Assembly: GCA_002269645.1 (NCBI GenBank)
Contig: NIVC01002134.1
Coordinates: 102,146-166,145 of the forward strand
Length of the DNA stretch: 64,000 nucleotides
Direction: 5' to 3'
Source of the DNA: Macrostomum lignano
Taxonomy: Eukaryota
The translations under genes and the position numbers were made by a program. The first letter of the stretch is position 1. Every line of letters starts with the position of its first letter. The notes under the pieces are model-generated. The model was not told the DNA's origin, made no database searches, and saw only the letters and a list, made by a program, of their open reading frames with translations. This document shows, piece by piece, positions 39,697-52,430 of this stretch.

Positions 39697-41359
39697 GGAA
39701 CAGGTGACAGTCGGTAAGCAGCTTCAGAGCTCAAAGAGAGCCCTATGGCTGGAACTCTCACCAGATCGATTTTTTTCTATAAGTAAACAGCCTAGAAGGG
39801 ACAGCCTTGCGAGTGAGCCGAAGAAGACAGAAAGTGCAAGCTATTCCAAGGATAATTGCACTAAAGCAGCAAGAGCGTCGCTGAAGGATGATTTTCTATA
39901 GGATTTTCTTGAGCCATTAACAGTTCAAGAAAAAAGCTGCAAACAAGCGACGTCGTGACGCAAAACAACCCAAATCCAGTTTTGCTTCAATCAGCATTCC
40001 CAGAGGAAACTGCAATTGACTATGACGCCATGCATAAAAGCGTCATGCATCCGGGACAATTTACTGAGAAACTGTTTACTATTGTCTCTAAAAACCGAAA
40101 GACGAGAAAATAAAAGCATGCAGTCTATATTTATATTAGAATGTGATGTAACCGCCCTTGTCGCCTGTCCGCTCCGTTGAGAGACGAACGCGTGACCAGA
40201 GGGGGCAATGACCGTGGCTGCCTATGACCGGGCAATGACCTGACGAACCTCCAGCACCAGACTGTCCCGCCCACATGATTGATAGCTTTGGTAGCGCTTC
40301 GTGACCAGAGGGCCAAGGACCCACATAGACCCCACCTGTAGCCAAGGTGCAATAGTTGGTCACTCGGTCATAGTATGACCGAGTGGCTGCCACCACTCTA
40401 TGTGACCTGGCGCATCTGGATCTTACTACCAGACCTCTCGAGGCTACAGCCCCGCCTGGGATGATTACCAGGGGATTTAGGCTAACAGGGGAGACACATG
40501 CAGCCGAGTACACGGACTCTGCTTGAGGCATGATCGGGAACTCTGGGCTCAATCTGGAGGATTTCTCAGCAAGGGATTCTTTGTGGCTGTGAGCGAGGCT
40601 GACTTGCGACTTTGATTACTAAGAGTAGTGTGAGGCGAACATGTGCTGTCTATAGTTTAGACTGCTCAGGGCGAAGGGACACGTCAGCATGGGATTGCAA
40701 CCTTCCTACTGCCATTCTGTGCCAAGACTCGCTAATCCTCAACATCAGGCGCTGATGTAGATCAGGCGATGCTGATGATGCTGGGCGGTATCAGACCGCT
40801 GGCCAATAGGCGAGCTCACTTGGGGAGCTGAAGATAACTTGGCGGTAACAGACCGCGGACCGGCAGGGATTCGTCCTATAGACGAATGGGTCAGAACTAC
40901 GTCTGACAGCGAGTCCACAGTAGGACGAGAAGGAACGCGTAACCTCGCAGTTCTGAGGATTCTCATGCCGAAAACCGCCTCCTTATATAGCCTTCCCAGC
41001 CGCCGCTCCAAGGTCGTTTCCATGACTCCCTCTCTCTGATTGGCTGCCGGCAGAATGACGTCAGAATGAGTCATGATGAGAAGCATGAGAACGGCATAGC
41101 AACACGAGAAATTGGAGAATTGCGCAATCCGGAGGTGGGGTGGGGGATAATTGGCGCAGCGGGAGGTCTCGAAAGTGTTGCACAAGCAAACATTGAGAAC
41201 AATGGGGCGGGGTTCGAGAACAAAGGAATTGGAAATCGGGGATAATTGGGGAGAATCGAGAACAATAGAAAAGCAAACATTGGAGAAAAGGTGATAATTA
41301 GGTGCGAAAACGAGAACAATAGAAAGAGAAAATCGAAGAAAATGTGATAATTGGTGGGG

Positions 41360-44329
41360 CACGCCTATGCAGAAGCTGAAAAATGGGGAAAGAAAATTCC
41401 CAAAGAAACTGATGCTTTTCCCAGCCCCAATGACCTATGCAGATTTCAAAAACAGTGTCAGACAAATCTAATCGCCTTGTCAAAAATGGTAATATGAATT
41501 TTTTATATTATATGCAAATTACATGTAATATGATAGGTATTTAAGGCGAAACCCATCGATAATATTAATGTTAATATAAGTTCGTAGTTTTAATATTAAT
41601 TTTAATCATTAAAGGAACGTGCAACTGTATTAGTATTAATATTATAAAATGAGAACCATGCACTTATTATTGCTAATGTCCGTATGGAATAAAGTGTGCA
41701 TGGATATTAAGTACACAAGCTAAATCCTAGAAATCTTTGCAGGCATGAAAATGCTTGACATCAAATATGGCTGGAATTGTAGCTAACAACTGCGCGCAGC
41801 AGGCATTCTGCATACTGCACATGCCCCAGAGGCCTGCGAAACCGCTGCCACGTCGAACGAAAGTCGCTGTGTGCAGACTCGACTGCCTGCTCACTGAAGG
41901 TCCCAAGGCCTGAGTTGAATCGCTCGCAGAACTCCGGAACATGGTGGAAAAGGGCGTGCATCTTAGGTGTCGGCACCAGCTTCAGTTCAGCGCAGCAGGA
42001 TTCCAGCTGGGCAATCTTCTGGCAAAAGTCGCTCATCAGCTGTTGCCCAAAGCATGCTTGGCGAACAGCATCGAATGCCATGAGAGCAGACGCATAGCCC
42101 TGGAGCCTTGATGGCAGGTTGCTCTTGAGCTCTTGAGCTTTAAGCAGCAATCTGACACACGCAGGGCCTTCCAGACACCCGCCGTGGTACTGCTCGCGAC
42201 AGATTCCAGCTGAATGCGCCCACTTGTATGCCTTGTCGTCGCCCCAAGCTGAGTTCAGCTGATCGAGCAGTTTGTTGGTCACACCAAGCATGATGTGCAG
42301 CTCTGGTGGTGGCACGAGGTCCAGCATTGGCGTAGAATCAGCCCCAGGGAGAAGAGGCTGTCTGACACAGCTTGCGTAGTTTCTTGCCAGTCGCTGGCAG
42401 CTACCAGCAGCCTCGAATGCCGTGGCCATCCGACGAATGGATCCAAGGGTTCTTATGGAACCGGCAACTTGCCACGGCGCCTGCCCCTCACAGTAGAGAC
42501 AAGGATGAGCTGCGGCATGACTTTGAAGGCCACACAGGATGTTGGCTAGCTTGAAGTCGCAAGCGACTGTGAACTTAATCGATGTCAAGTCTAGCTCATC
42601 TAGAAGTGCTCGCACATTTGCATAGTTCTCCTGGACATCCTCAGCAATCGCGATGATAAACAGTTTTTTTACGCCAAAGTTGCTTATTCGCGACTCCCTG
42701 CTCAGCTTCTTAGGTGTGGACTCTGCCTGTGGTTCGGTAGGCAGTACTGGGGCGACACTAAGGCAGATTTTTAGCGAGCCACCACCTCCGTCCATCCCCA
42801 GCTTCAATCTCACATCGAACTCACTAAATCCTCGCTTTGAGCAAATGAAGCTCAGCAGGCCCTGCAGATCGGGGCATATGACGGAACATCTTGTGGTATC
42901 AGTAAAGCTGCCACCTGAGGACTTTTGAGTGAATTTGAGCTGCCGCATCTCAAAAAAACTCTCCGCGATGCTGCCTGCGGCTGCCAGAGCTGCCCGCAGT
43001 CCGGGTTGCACGGCCTTACGACTGCCCTCCGCCTGCCTGATAATTGTGGCTGCCATGTTTGTCTGCCGGTCACTCAGATTGAGAGATGTCTTTAACGTTA
43101 CTAGTGTCTCGGTCCTCAGCGCTCTCTGCTCATTTGAATCACTTGCATGCCTCAGCTGCATTGGTGGGCCACCGGTGGCGCTGGAAATAGAAGCCGTTGA
43201 TCCATGTCCTGATGCTGCTGCTGCTCTTAGCTTTTCACGCATCACGTCATGAGCGATGTGCTCTTTTGATGTAGGGCTGAGCGTGCGCAGGTACTGCAAC
43301 TTGCTGGAGACGCTGCACTCGTGCCTTAGGCCTTTGCCCACAAGTGAGTGGCACCTAGTGCAGCGCTTCTCCGAGTCTCTGTCCTGGCTTCGAGTTGTTT
43401 CTGCAGGTCGTCCTTGGGGCAATTTATGGTTGGCCCGGCTGCTGTCAGACATGTATGGGTGCCAGACCGCCACCCGCTTGTTTGATGGGCTGGAAACTAC
43501 CTGGCAGATACAGCAGGAGCAGTGCGGATGCTCACGTGTGAGTTGTGGCAAAACCTCCAAATCTGCAACAATTTGAAGGTATGGCAGTCGAGCAGGCAGT
43601 TCTTGCGGTACAGGTGACGTCTGTGACTGCAATTTCTTGCTGCAGCAGCTGCACATGCCTCCTGGCAGAGTATTACGGATGTAGGCATGACAGAATTCTG
43701 GCAGGATAAATTGCTCGATGAGTTCTGCCTGAGCAGCTGAAATAACGCGATCGGCTTTGCGGAAGCAGAGGATGCAGCACCAGATACGATTCTCTTCATG
43801 TGTGCGTCGAAAGTTTGGCATCGCGAGGCCAGAGAACTGATTTGAGTACTGAGGGTAATTGTTTCAATTGACTGCAACTTTATTTTCAAAGGAAGTCTGC
43901 GTGTTAGCAAACTTGTGATAAGAGGCATGTTCTACTTTATGAATGTACATAGTCTGTTCATTGTTTCTCAATCCCTTAATCACAATAGATCTCAATAAAT
44001 ATGTACATTTGAGTTGTCTGCCAAAATTTCTATCTAATAATGTACAGCATTTTATGACGCCCTTAAATTTATGCTCTAAACTTTGCAATTGATGCCTGCT
44101 CTTGTTACGCAATTGTTTTCACTACTTGCAATGGCGCAACTGACGAATCTAATACTGAACATGCAGCTGAGAACACATAATTTCAATTTTCCATTCTATT
44201 ATTTTTGGACAAGGCGATTAGATTTGTCTGACACTGTTTTTAAAATCTGCATAGGTCATTGGGGCTGGGAAAAGCATCAGTTTCTTAGGGAATTTTCTTT
44301 CCCCATTTTTCAGCTTCTGCATAGGCGTG
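41360..44329 (-). mobile_element. Autonomous Chapaev (CMC superfamily) DNA transposon, 2970 bp
   Basis: About 128-bp TIRs (41360-41487 and 44201-44329) with CAC...GTG termini and about 3 differences; 4-bp TSD GGGG; single intact transposase ORF. Confidence 0.85.
41761..43821 (-). CDS. Chapaev-type DDE transposase (686 aa)
   Basis: N-terminal H-X7-C-X2-C...P-X3-C-X2-C and CSCCIC zinc-binding motifs. Core LGMDGGGGSLK, ACDFKLANILCGLQSH..HPCLYC, PELHIMLG, TPKMHALFHH and FSEQAVESAH supply D, D and E. Confidence 0.85.
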   Translation of the reverse strand: MPNFRRTHEENRIWCCILCFRKADRVISAAQAELIEQFILPEFCHAYIRNTLPGGMCSCCSKKLQSQTSPVPQELPARLPYLQIVADLEVLPQLTREHPHCSCCICQVVSSPSNKRVAVWHPYMSDSSRANHKLPQGRPAETTRSQDRDSEKRCTRCHSLVGKGLRHECSVSSKLQYLRTLSPTSKEHIAHDVMREKLRAAAASGHGSTASISSATGGPPMQLRHASDSNEQRALRTETLVTLKTSLNLSDRQTNMAATIIRQAEGSRKAVQPGLRAALAAAGSIAESFFEMRQLKFTQKSSGGSFTDTTRCSVICPDLQGLLSFICSKRGFSEFDVRLKLGMDGGGGSLKICLSVAPVLPTEPQAESTPKKLSRESRISNFGVKKLFIIAIAEDVQENYANVRALLDELDLTSIKFTVACDFKLANILCGLQSHAAAHPCLYCEGQAPWQVAGSIRTLGSIRRMATAFEAAGSCQRLARNYASCVRQPLLPGADSTPMLDLVPPPELHIMLGVTNKLLDQLNSAWGDDKAYKWAHSAGICREQYHGGCLEGPACVRLLLKAQELKSNLPSRLQGYASALMAFDAVRQACFGQQLMSDFCQKIAQLESCCAELKLVPTPKMHALFHHVPEFCERFNSGLGTFSEQAVESAHSDFRSTWQRFRRPLGHVQYAECLLRAVVSYNSSHI

Positions 44330-46066
44330 GGGGGTAAAGAGAACAAAAGAATCAAAAACGAGAACAATAGAAGCGGAGGTGGGGTGGGTGTCGCATGAGA
44401 AATTTGGGGAGGAGAACAATGGCATGAGAAAAGGTTGCGCAAGAGAGGGGGATGAGTCATCGATGAGTCATCGAGGGGAAGGAGGGGTCACACGACTTGC
44501 TTCACCGTTTGGTAGTTTGAGAAGGGATGGGGGCACAGTGAGCGCGCAAACTACTGTAAGTAGACGCAGGAAAAGGGGGGACAGCGCAGCAAAATAATGC
44601 GAAAAAAGGCAAAAAGAAGGGAGACAGGGGAGGTACAGAGAGAATAGGGTGGAGCGCAGAGGAGATAGGGTAGAGGGGGAGGTACAGAGAGGGGTAGGGA
44701 GCTCCGGAAAGGCAAGTGTGGCGGCAGGAGAGACGGAGCCAAGGCAGCAGGGGGTGCAGCAGAGCGGGAGTCTGCAGGTCTGGTCGAAGACCTGGCCCAG
44801 TCTCGACAGCTCCGAGCAGAAGGTACGCGGCGATGGGAGGCACTTTTGAAAAAAGTTCTGTGAAATTGCATGAAGAATATCGAAAGTCAAAACAATTTAG
44901 CAAACTGATTCACTATGCAAAAGACACCGTTTGGCAATGCGGATATTGTCATAGGTGAGGTTGATCACCTATGAAAATATATATACTACTCATATATATA
45001 GTACTCTTATGTATATACTCAGCAACATTGAAAAGTCGCCACTCTATGCGCCAGTGAGCAATTTCTCTTGGACTGTTTTGAAATCAAAGATGCAAGAAAA
45101 CTGATCGGCTTAGCTTTAATTCGCCCAACCCTCGCACACCGCTCCCCCCACTTCATTCCTCAATTTAAGTCTGACCCGGCGTAGCTGAGTTGCGTCACAC
45201 GCAGAGAGTCACTCGGTTCTATTGTTCGCTTTTTTAGACATGACCGATGAGCGAAATTGAGCAAAATGAATATTGGATGAAATAAAAAATTTGCGTAGGA
45301 GAACGAGGAGGTAGCAAATTTTGTAGAATCTTAAAACATAAAAGCAAAAAAACAAAACCTTTTCCCTATAGCCCAATGTCTTCAAACTTGTAGAGAAACT
45401 CCCAAACTTCTTGTCTATCTCTGGCCACTACCATTTCAACACCTTGACTCTAAAATCTGCACTAAGAAGAGTGAAATGATTTGATGCAGATATTATGATA
45501 TTATGATATTATGATATTATGCAGAGAAGTCAAACTTGCTAACGATAGAGAAGGTTTAAAAAGCAACCAAAGCAAGAAATGAAGACGAAAGTTTTTTTCC
45601 GAAACTTCTAAACATTGCAGCTATCAGTTTGCTGTGCCTAAATGGAAAAAGTTAAAGTTTCAGAAAAAAACTTTTTGCTTGCAATTCCAGGGCAACAAAA
45701 GTCAATAATAATCCTTTTTCACCTTGCTAAAGGCCAAAAAGAACAGTATCAGTTTGAAGATTTACTTCAGTTTTCTTCAAAAAAGAATTGAGTCTTAAGG
45801 TGAGGATCTCAGCTAGGAGAGAAGTGTGATAAGTCTAGATAACTCCAATCGAGATGTCAGTATGAGCAGTTTGTCAAAGTCTTATTCACGAATGGTTAAC
45901 AGCTGGTTAGCGATAAAACAGACACAGCCCCCTTCCAAACACCTCTCGCCAACTGTCAGAGTTGGAAATCTCCGGAGCATAAAATGCAAAGAATTCAAGA
46001 TTAGTTTACCATTATTTTAGCAGAGAGAAATCGTCCGAAATCTTAAAATAGCGAACAGATTCTAGC

Positions 46067-47265
46067 ATGGAATTAAAACTTAGAGTAATTGCAGCACTTC
46101 TGCTCGTGATCGGCTGTTGTGCAACTCTGATGACGTGTAGCTGCCAGAATGACCCGCATTCTAGCTACTCTTTCAAGGAAATCGTTGGCACGACCACTAT
46201 AAAAGGCTTGAAGCTGCGGGTATTCGAGTTGGGAAGAGGCGTTCAAGTGGCCGAACCGAGAGTCAAGCTCGGTGGGTCTTGCAGCACCCTCAGGTATAAC
46301 CGTCTTTACCTGAAGTATCAGTTGTCTGTACCGTTTCAAGTGAAAACTCCTGTTCTAAAGAGTACCATGGGCCGCGGAAAAAAAATTGGTCGAGTCATCG
46401 TTTCTCAGGTTGACGTCAAGTTGAACGCGGCACTCGCGAGTAAGAGTTCGAAGCTGACTGTGATTACAACCAGCAAGCGTGGCAGATGGAAACTTTTGTT
46501 CCTATGCGACACTTACGAGAGGTGCTCAGGACTGCGAGATGAACTCGTGAGCAATCCGTGGTCTCTTCAGCAGGCAGTGCAATTTAACCTGATCGGAGAG
46601 GTAGCTAGCTCTGCGGTGATGTTCGAAGCGCAAGCAAGTTTGACTCCATTGAATCTCAAGGACTGCTACAGAGGCCGATGGTTTGTCATTCAGCGACAGG
46701 TTAATGGCGATTTGTCATTCAAGAAAAATTGGGACGACTACGTCAAGGGATTCGGACATCCAAAGTCCAGTTTTTGGATCGGTGTGTACTCTTAGAATAA
46801 TCTAAGACTATAACAGCTGCTTTATCAAGGCTAGCTGATTCTGCACAGTTTTAAAATCGCTTACCATGCTTCCATACTGCAGGACTGGAGAGTCTTTTCG
46901 CCATCACTGCGACCAAAGAAACCGATGTTACTTGGCGCAATCCCGAGACTACACTTTGTCGACTGAGAATTGAAGCCGAAGGTTTGGACAAGAAGAAGTA
47001 CTGGGGTGAATATGGCCGATTCCAGGTCTTGAGCGCCGACCAGAACTACCGACTTCGAGTGGGCGATAAGAAAGCGGGCTCAACTATTGACGGTTTCATC
47101 AGGGTGCACAATGAGCAGCAATTTAGCACCTACGACAGGGATCACGATACAAATCCAAAAATGTCTTGCTCTCGAGTGTTTGGCTTTGGCGGATTTTGGT
47201 TTGGCAGCGGCTTAAGAGTGAACCCCAACCCCCAAAAGAGAACTTTTTGGAGTGTTAGAATTTAG
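46067..47265 (+). CDS. Secreted fibrinogen-related domain (FReD) protein with an unknown N-terminal region of about 190 aa
   Basis: Exons 46067-46781 and 46883-47265 (phase 1). Signal peptide MELKLRVIAALLLVIGCCATLMTCSC. FReD motifs WFVIQRQVNGDLSFKKNWDDYVKGFG...FWIGLE, YRLRVG, FSTYDRDHD, GGFWF. C-terminal end short. Confidence 0.85.
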
Positions 47266-47309
47266 AAAGCTACGTATACATGTAATAATATATACCAGCT
47301 ACTTAAGAT

Positions 47310-48030
47310 CAGGGGCGTCGCCACCGGGGGGACAGGAGACATGTTCCCCTCCCCCATTACGAACTAAAAGCTATATTCTGGGACTTGCCAATGCTTTGTC
47401 CCCCCCTCCCTACCTTTTTTGACTTGCTATGGAAATCTAAATGTTTTGCTTATTATAACTAAAGATGGTGCCTGCGGCGCTAAAATGAGTGCCTGCGGCG
47501 CTAAAATGAGTGCCAGCGGCGCTAAAGTGAGTGCCTGCGGCGCTAAAATGAGTGCCTGCGGCGCTAAAGTGAGTGCCTGCGGCGCTAAAGTGAGTGCCTG
47601 CGGCGCTAAAGTGAGTGCCTGCGGCGCTAAAGTGAGTGCCTGCGGCGCTACAATGAGTGAATGTGGCACTAAAATGAGTGAATGTGGCGCTAAAATGAGT
47701 GCATGTGGCGCTAAAATGAGTGAATGTGGCGCTAAAATGAGTGAATGTGGCGCTAAAATGAGTGAATGTCGCGCTAAAATGAGTGAATGTGGCGCTAAAA
47801 TGAGTGAATGTCGCGCTAAAATGAGTGCCAGCGGCGCTAAAATGAGTGCCTGCGGCGCTAAAATGAGTGCCTGCGGCGCTAAAATGAGTACCTGCGGCGC
47901 CAAAATAATTAAATGATCGCGGACAACACCGATTCTGAAAATAATTTACTAGCAGAAATTGTCATGTACACATGTACATGCAACATTCTTGGCTTTGTTC
48001 CCCCTCCATAAAATCCATGGCGACGCCCTG
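47310..48030. mobile_element. Non-autonomous TIR element carrying an internal 21-bp array
   Basis: TIRs CAGGGGCGTCGCCA / TGGCGACGCCCTG; internal (GCCTGCGGCGCTAAAATGAGT)n at about 47465-47905; no TSD recognised. Confidence 0.75.
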
Positions 48031-49266
48031 GGGCAGTGAATACAGTTGACCGAGTCTCTGAGTATTCTTTCTAGGAACTTAAACAGCTTCAAGCATAACT
48101 TGAGCCGCGATGCAGTGTACAGATTTTTATGGGATTTCTGACCTACTACTTGACATTTAACAAAAGTAGTACCAGTAGAGCATGAGCAAATTGAAATATT
48201 AGGAAGTATCAATCCATCAGTCAGTGACAAAAAGCTAAAAGTAGTAGCCAATAATTTTTGGTGCAAAGTATAGTTCGGTAGCGGATCGACTGTCAATCAT
48301 TCTTTCACACCGTGACCAAGAGAAGTCATAAGCTGACAGCCGAATTTATTTATCATATAGAAATCACACGATCTAGGTAGCGCAATGCTCGGAGCACCCT
48401 TCCTGCAGCTAAGTTGAAGGGATCACATGATTTTTAAATTTATACCCCTGTACCGAAGAATCGAAGGTGATTACATTTGTAGCTAACCTTAGTACGGTGG
48501 ACGTTACAGCTGCCAATCTTAGTTTTTATGTCTCTTTTTGGACAGATCTTCCTAGAATTTATGTTCTAAGAAATATCAACCCTCAAATGCGTGTTTGGAA
48601 AATGCAAAGAAAAATGGATAGTTTCAATATCGATTATTAATACTTGGCATTTCCTCGTGTCATTGAGTATAATGTCGAGAGTTGTCAAGAGCTTTCTACA
48701 GTTGTTTAGCTCGTTTAGAGTCGGTTACATCGAATGATTGACAGATCTGTTAAAACAAACCGTATTATTTTATAACTGGCAGAAAGAAGTAGCTATTCGG
48801 TGTTAAAAGCAAACCATTTTTTCGGATAAAATGCTTAGCATCCACACTCAATATCAGGTCGGTTTTTTACAGTTTTAAGTTCCCCTCTTGTCTGCAAAGT
48901 GTTTCAATGTTTGTCAAAATACTCGTAGCTCGTAAGTGGACAGATTTGAAAGAACCATTATTGCTTCAACAGTAGGCTTATTGTTTCATTTCTCAACAAT
49001 TGTTATGTAAACCAGCCGGAGTGGCTTGCCAAGCACTCTTTGTCGTCAATCAACTGAGCCAATGCGAAGAACCCTGCAGTTGTACTGTACCTCACACAAC
49101 TTACAAGGAAAACACGTTAACTCTTCTTAGTCAGTAGTAACGACATTTTGCGAATTAATCATGAGAAAATTTTCATAATCTCTCACTTCTACTGTTCTTA
49201 ATTTAAAAAACTACAATCTTTTTTATATATAATTTGCTATAACGGACGTGGACCTGTTTCTTCCAG

Positions 49267-51495
49267 ATACGAGCCGCGGACGTCTCGGCAACATCCAGGA
49301 GGCGCTGATCAGCCTGCCCGGTTGCTACCGCATCAAAAACGGCCGGGGCTCGAGGCGGCGGACATCCAAATACAGGGAAGAAAGGCGGCCGAGGTGCTTT
49401 TGCTGCTGGAAGCTTCATCCTAGCAGCTAGCATCCGGCTAAGCATTGTGATCGGACAGGCTGGCGGCGCGGCCAACAAGGGCAGGGCTGGCGGGGGGGGG
49501 GAGAGGCAGCTTTGTGTACCGGACGATCGACAACGGTAGCGACGTACTGCTGTTGGCCGCCGGTGGGGGCGGAGGAGCCGCCGACAGTAATCGCGGTGAG
49601 TTCTGCAGCTAGCCGCTGTGTATGGCTGCTCAACATTGGTATATTCCTGCACGGTCACGAGTGCAGGATGTCCTTCACGTACGAGTGAACGTGAAGGAAT
49701 TCCATTGTCGGATGATTCATCGTGCAGGAATGCACAAAACCGTGCAGGAATGCATTTCTGCGCCTAATGCTTTTCAGTGAGATTTTACCATAGACATCCA
49801 TTCCTGCACGCAAAAGAGTATTGAGGTGAGTAGAACTTTAGTTAGGACCATAGATCTTATATTCCCTAGATAGGCCACTTTGTATGGCGGTAATAGGGAA
49901 AGTGCGACCGCCGATTTTCGTCACTTATGCGAAAACGCCGACATGGGTTGCTTATAAATTTGAGTTCAGCAGCCGAGAAACATAGACGCTTTTTTGAGAA
50001 TTTAATAGAACCAAGGAGTTCGAGACTTAGCAACCTGGAATGGAAGCGAGTTTTACCTCTTGAGGCCACGCCAATTGTAAAGATAAGGGGCCGTATGCAG
50101 AAAGCTCTGTCTAGGGTAGTCCGGTCTCGAAAAGCTAGTCTGGACTTGGATTTGGTATGCAGAAACACAAAAGTTAGACCGGTCTACTATAGACAGAACT
50201 AGGGTAGCTGGACCATAGACCATAGACTGAACTACTCAAGCCCGGACTAGCTAGTCTGGACTAAGCTTTCTGCATACGGCCCAAGGAGCCAGCACTGAAT
50301 GTCTATGGCTCTGTCTGACTCTGTCTATTGCATTGAGTAGTTTTTCATTGAATAAAAAGCTACTCAATTAAACTAATGATGCATGCACTGCAGAGACTAA
50401 CTGACGAAATTGAGTCCAGTAGTTGATTTTTGAGCTGTCGCGAGTTGCAATTCTTTTAACATTAGCTTCTATAGCCACATAGTGGCCCATCTTGTGTATA
50501 TATGATCCTTGGTTAGGACCACCCAGAATTTTGGTAGGGACACCTAGTGCTTTGTTCGGGAGATTCAATGTTTCGATAGTGACACCCAATGTATTTTATA
50601 GTCGCTCTTTATTGTCGTAGAAGAGTGGGGAACAAAACAGCAGTCGTTACACTAGATTAAGCTATTCTAGGCGAAACAGAAACCTTAGAAACTACTCTCT
50701 TTTCAAAAAGGTTTCGAAGGGGGGAGAGAGAGAGAGAGAGAGAGCAAACCAAGCCCGTTTTCCACCAATCAGTGCAGCCCAACCAAACCAGACATACAGA
50801 TGGAGAGAAGGGAAACGATTAAGTCTAGCCCCCGTTACCAAAATGCATAATTTTGACATAATAAATACGAGCGTAGATGAATTAAAAAAATGCCGACCGA
50901 CTACGGTTTACGGGTGCTAGAAAGGTAGAGTGCCAGCTCGCAATTTACACAACTCTCTTCATACACAAATAAAAATGTAGCTTACTACGCTAGCCGGTAC
51001 TCATCCTCAGGCAAGCCGGGCTCCGCGTCAACAAGTGGCAGCGATTCCTACGGCAGCACCAAAGGCGGCAAGGGTGGCACCAACGGAGCAGCTGGCTTCA
51101 GCAGCTCTGGCGGGTTGCTCAACTCGATGTTGGCAAGCGGCGGCTGCGGAGCCGGCTGGCTGGGTAAGACCAAGTCGAAGAAGGAGACGAAGAATGACGT
51201 TGAAGGAGGCGGCAGCCGAGCCCAAGGCTGGATCGGCGGAAGGCCTGGCGACGGTGGCACAGGCAGAGGCGGCTTCGGCGGTGGAGGCGGCGGCGGCAAG
51301 TCGAGCCTCACTTTTGGAGCCGGTGGCGCCGGCGGCGGCTACAGCGGCGGTGGCGGCGCGGTGAGCGCCGGTCTGGGAGGCGGCGGCGGCGGCTCATTCT
51401 GCGGCGGCACCATTCGAGGCGGCAATCTGGACAGCGACCAAGGACGAGTAAAGCTTCAACTACTGGCCCTTTTGTTGACGCTTGCAACTGAGTAA
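49267..51495 (+). CDS. ALK/LTK-type glycine-rich domain protein A (5'-partial; two apparent +1 homopolymer indels)
   Basis: Exons 49267-49595 and 51011-51495 (phase 1). IQEALISLPGCYRIK.AGARGG...IVIGQAG...GGGGSFV...LLAAGGGGGA | ...GGCGAGW...GGFGGGGG...AGGGYSGGG...GGGGSF. Indels at 49335-39 (A5) and 49492-49501 (G10). Confidence 0.75.
50088..50282. mobile_element. PIF/Harbinger-like MITE
   Basis: 19-bp TIR GGGCCGTATGCAGAAAGCT at both ends; 3-bp TSD AAG. Confidence 0.72.
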
Positions 51496-51776
51496 ACAGA
51501 TTATAGCATCGATTGGAAAAGAGATAACTCCGTGTCGAAGATCTCAGACGACATTCTTTTTCTGTTTTATAATTAGCTGGATTATACGTTGGGAAATGTT
51601 TACTCTCTTATCCAAACTTCAATAAATCAATGTACGAGAAGAAACTGGAGACCCTGTTTGTTGCTACTGATTGATTCAAATTAACTAAGTGCTGTTATGA
51701 ACTTTCGGGATCGAAGCATCTCCCAGACAATTTATTACTTCAACAGTACCGATTAAAATTTTAACGAGTTCGTTAT

Positions 51777-51999
51777 TGTGACGATGTCGTTATGCTATGT
51801 CGTTATAGCATATAGCATTGTGTCGTTATCTTATATCTTCTTATATACTAAAAATGAAAAAATTGTATATTTGTGCGCAATCAATTATCTCCCGAACGGT
51901 TAAACCCCCTAACCCCATAAATATTACAAAAAATCAATTTAAGTTTAATAAAAAACGGATAGAAACTCAAAAATATTATAGCATAACGACACTGTCACA
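51777..51999. mobile_element. MITE between the two glycine-rich genes
   Basis: TIR TGTGAC(GA/AG)TGTCGTTATGCTAT; 4-bp TSD TTAT at 51773-76 and 52000-03. Confidence 0.68.
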
Positions 52000-52430
52000 T
52001 TATCTTCGTTAGGACAGCCAGTTGTTGAATCGACAGACACACCTAATTTGTATAGACTGGTGTATTTTTAATGATTCAAAAGAGAAAAAGAAGAGGGTAC
52101 TCTGTAGTACTTTATCAGTATAGATAGCAGGTGCAAGTTTGAATAAGTTTAACGAGCGTACCAAGAGTGCAGTCAAGAAATTACTAATCAGCAGCAAAAG
52201 TTTGTTAATATTATTGCAAGTCGAATAATATCAATATTCTGTAAAATAAAACCCAAAAAAAATCTGGTTGAAAATTTCATTCGTATCTTATTCATTTCAT
52301 TTCAGGCTGACTCGATAAATATAAAAAAAATTAAAATATGATACCATAAACTTATCGTGGCGTTTTTTGTTATCCGACTTTCCTGTTATAGAAATGATTG
52401 CACTTTGACAGACTCTGTGCCTCATCAGTT

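Larger units (their letters stand above)
40147..44492 (-). mobile_element. Possible LTR-like element interrupted by the Chapaev transposon (boundaries uncertain)
   Basis: Candidate termini TGTAACC (40147) and GGTCACA (44492). Minus-strand TATA at about 40984-40994, CCAAT, TGACGTCA and TGAGTCA motifs. The GAGAACAATAGAA purine repeats continue on both sides of the Chapaev element. No TSD, PBS or PPT found. Confidence 0.35.
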
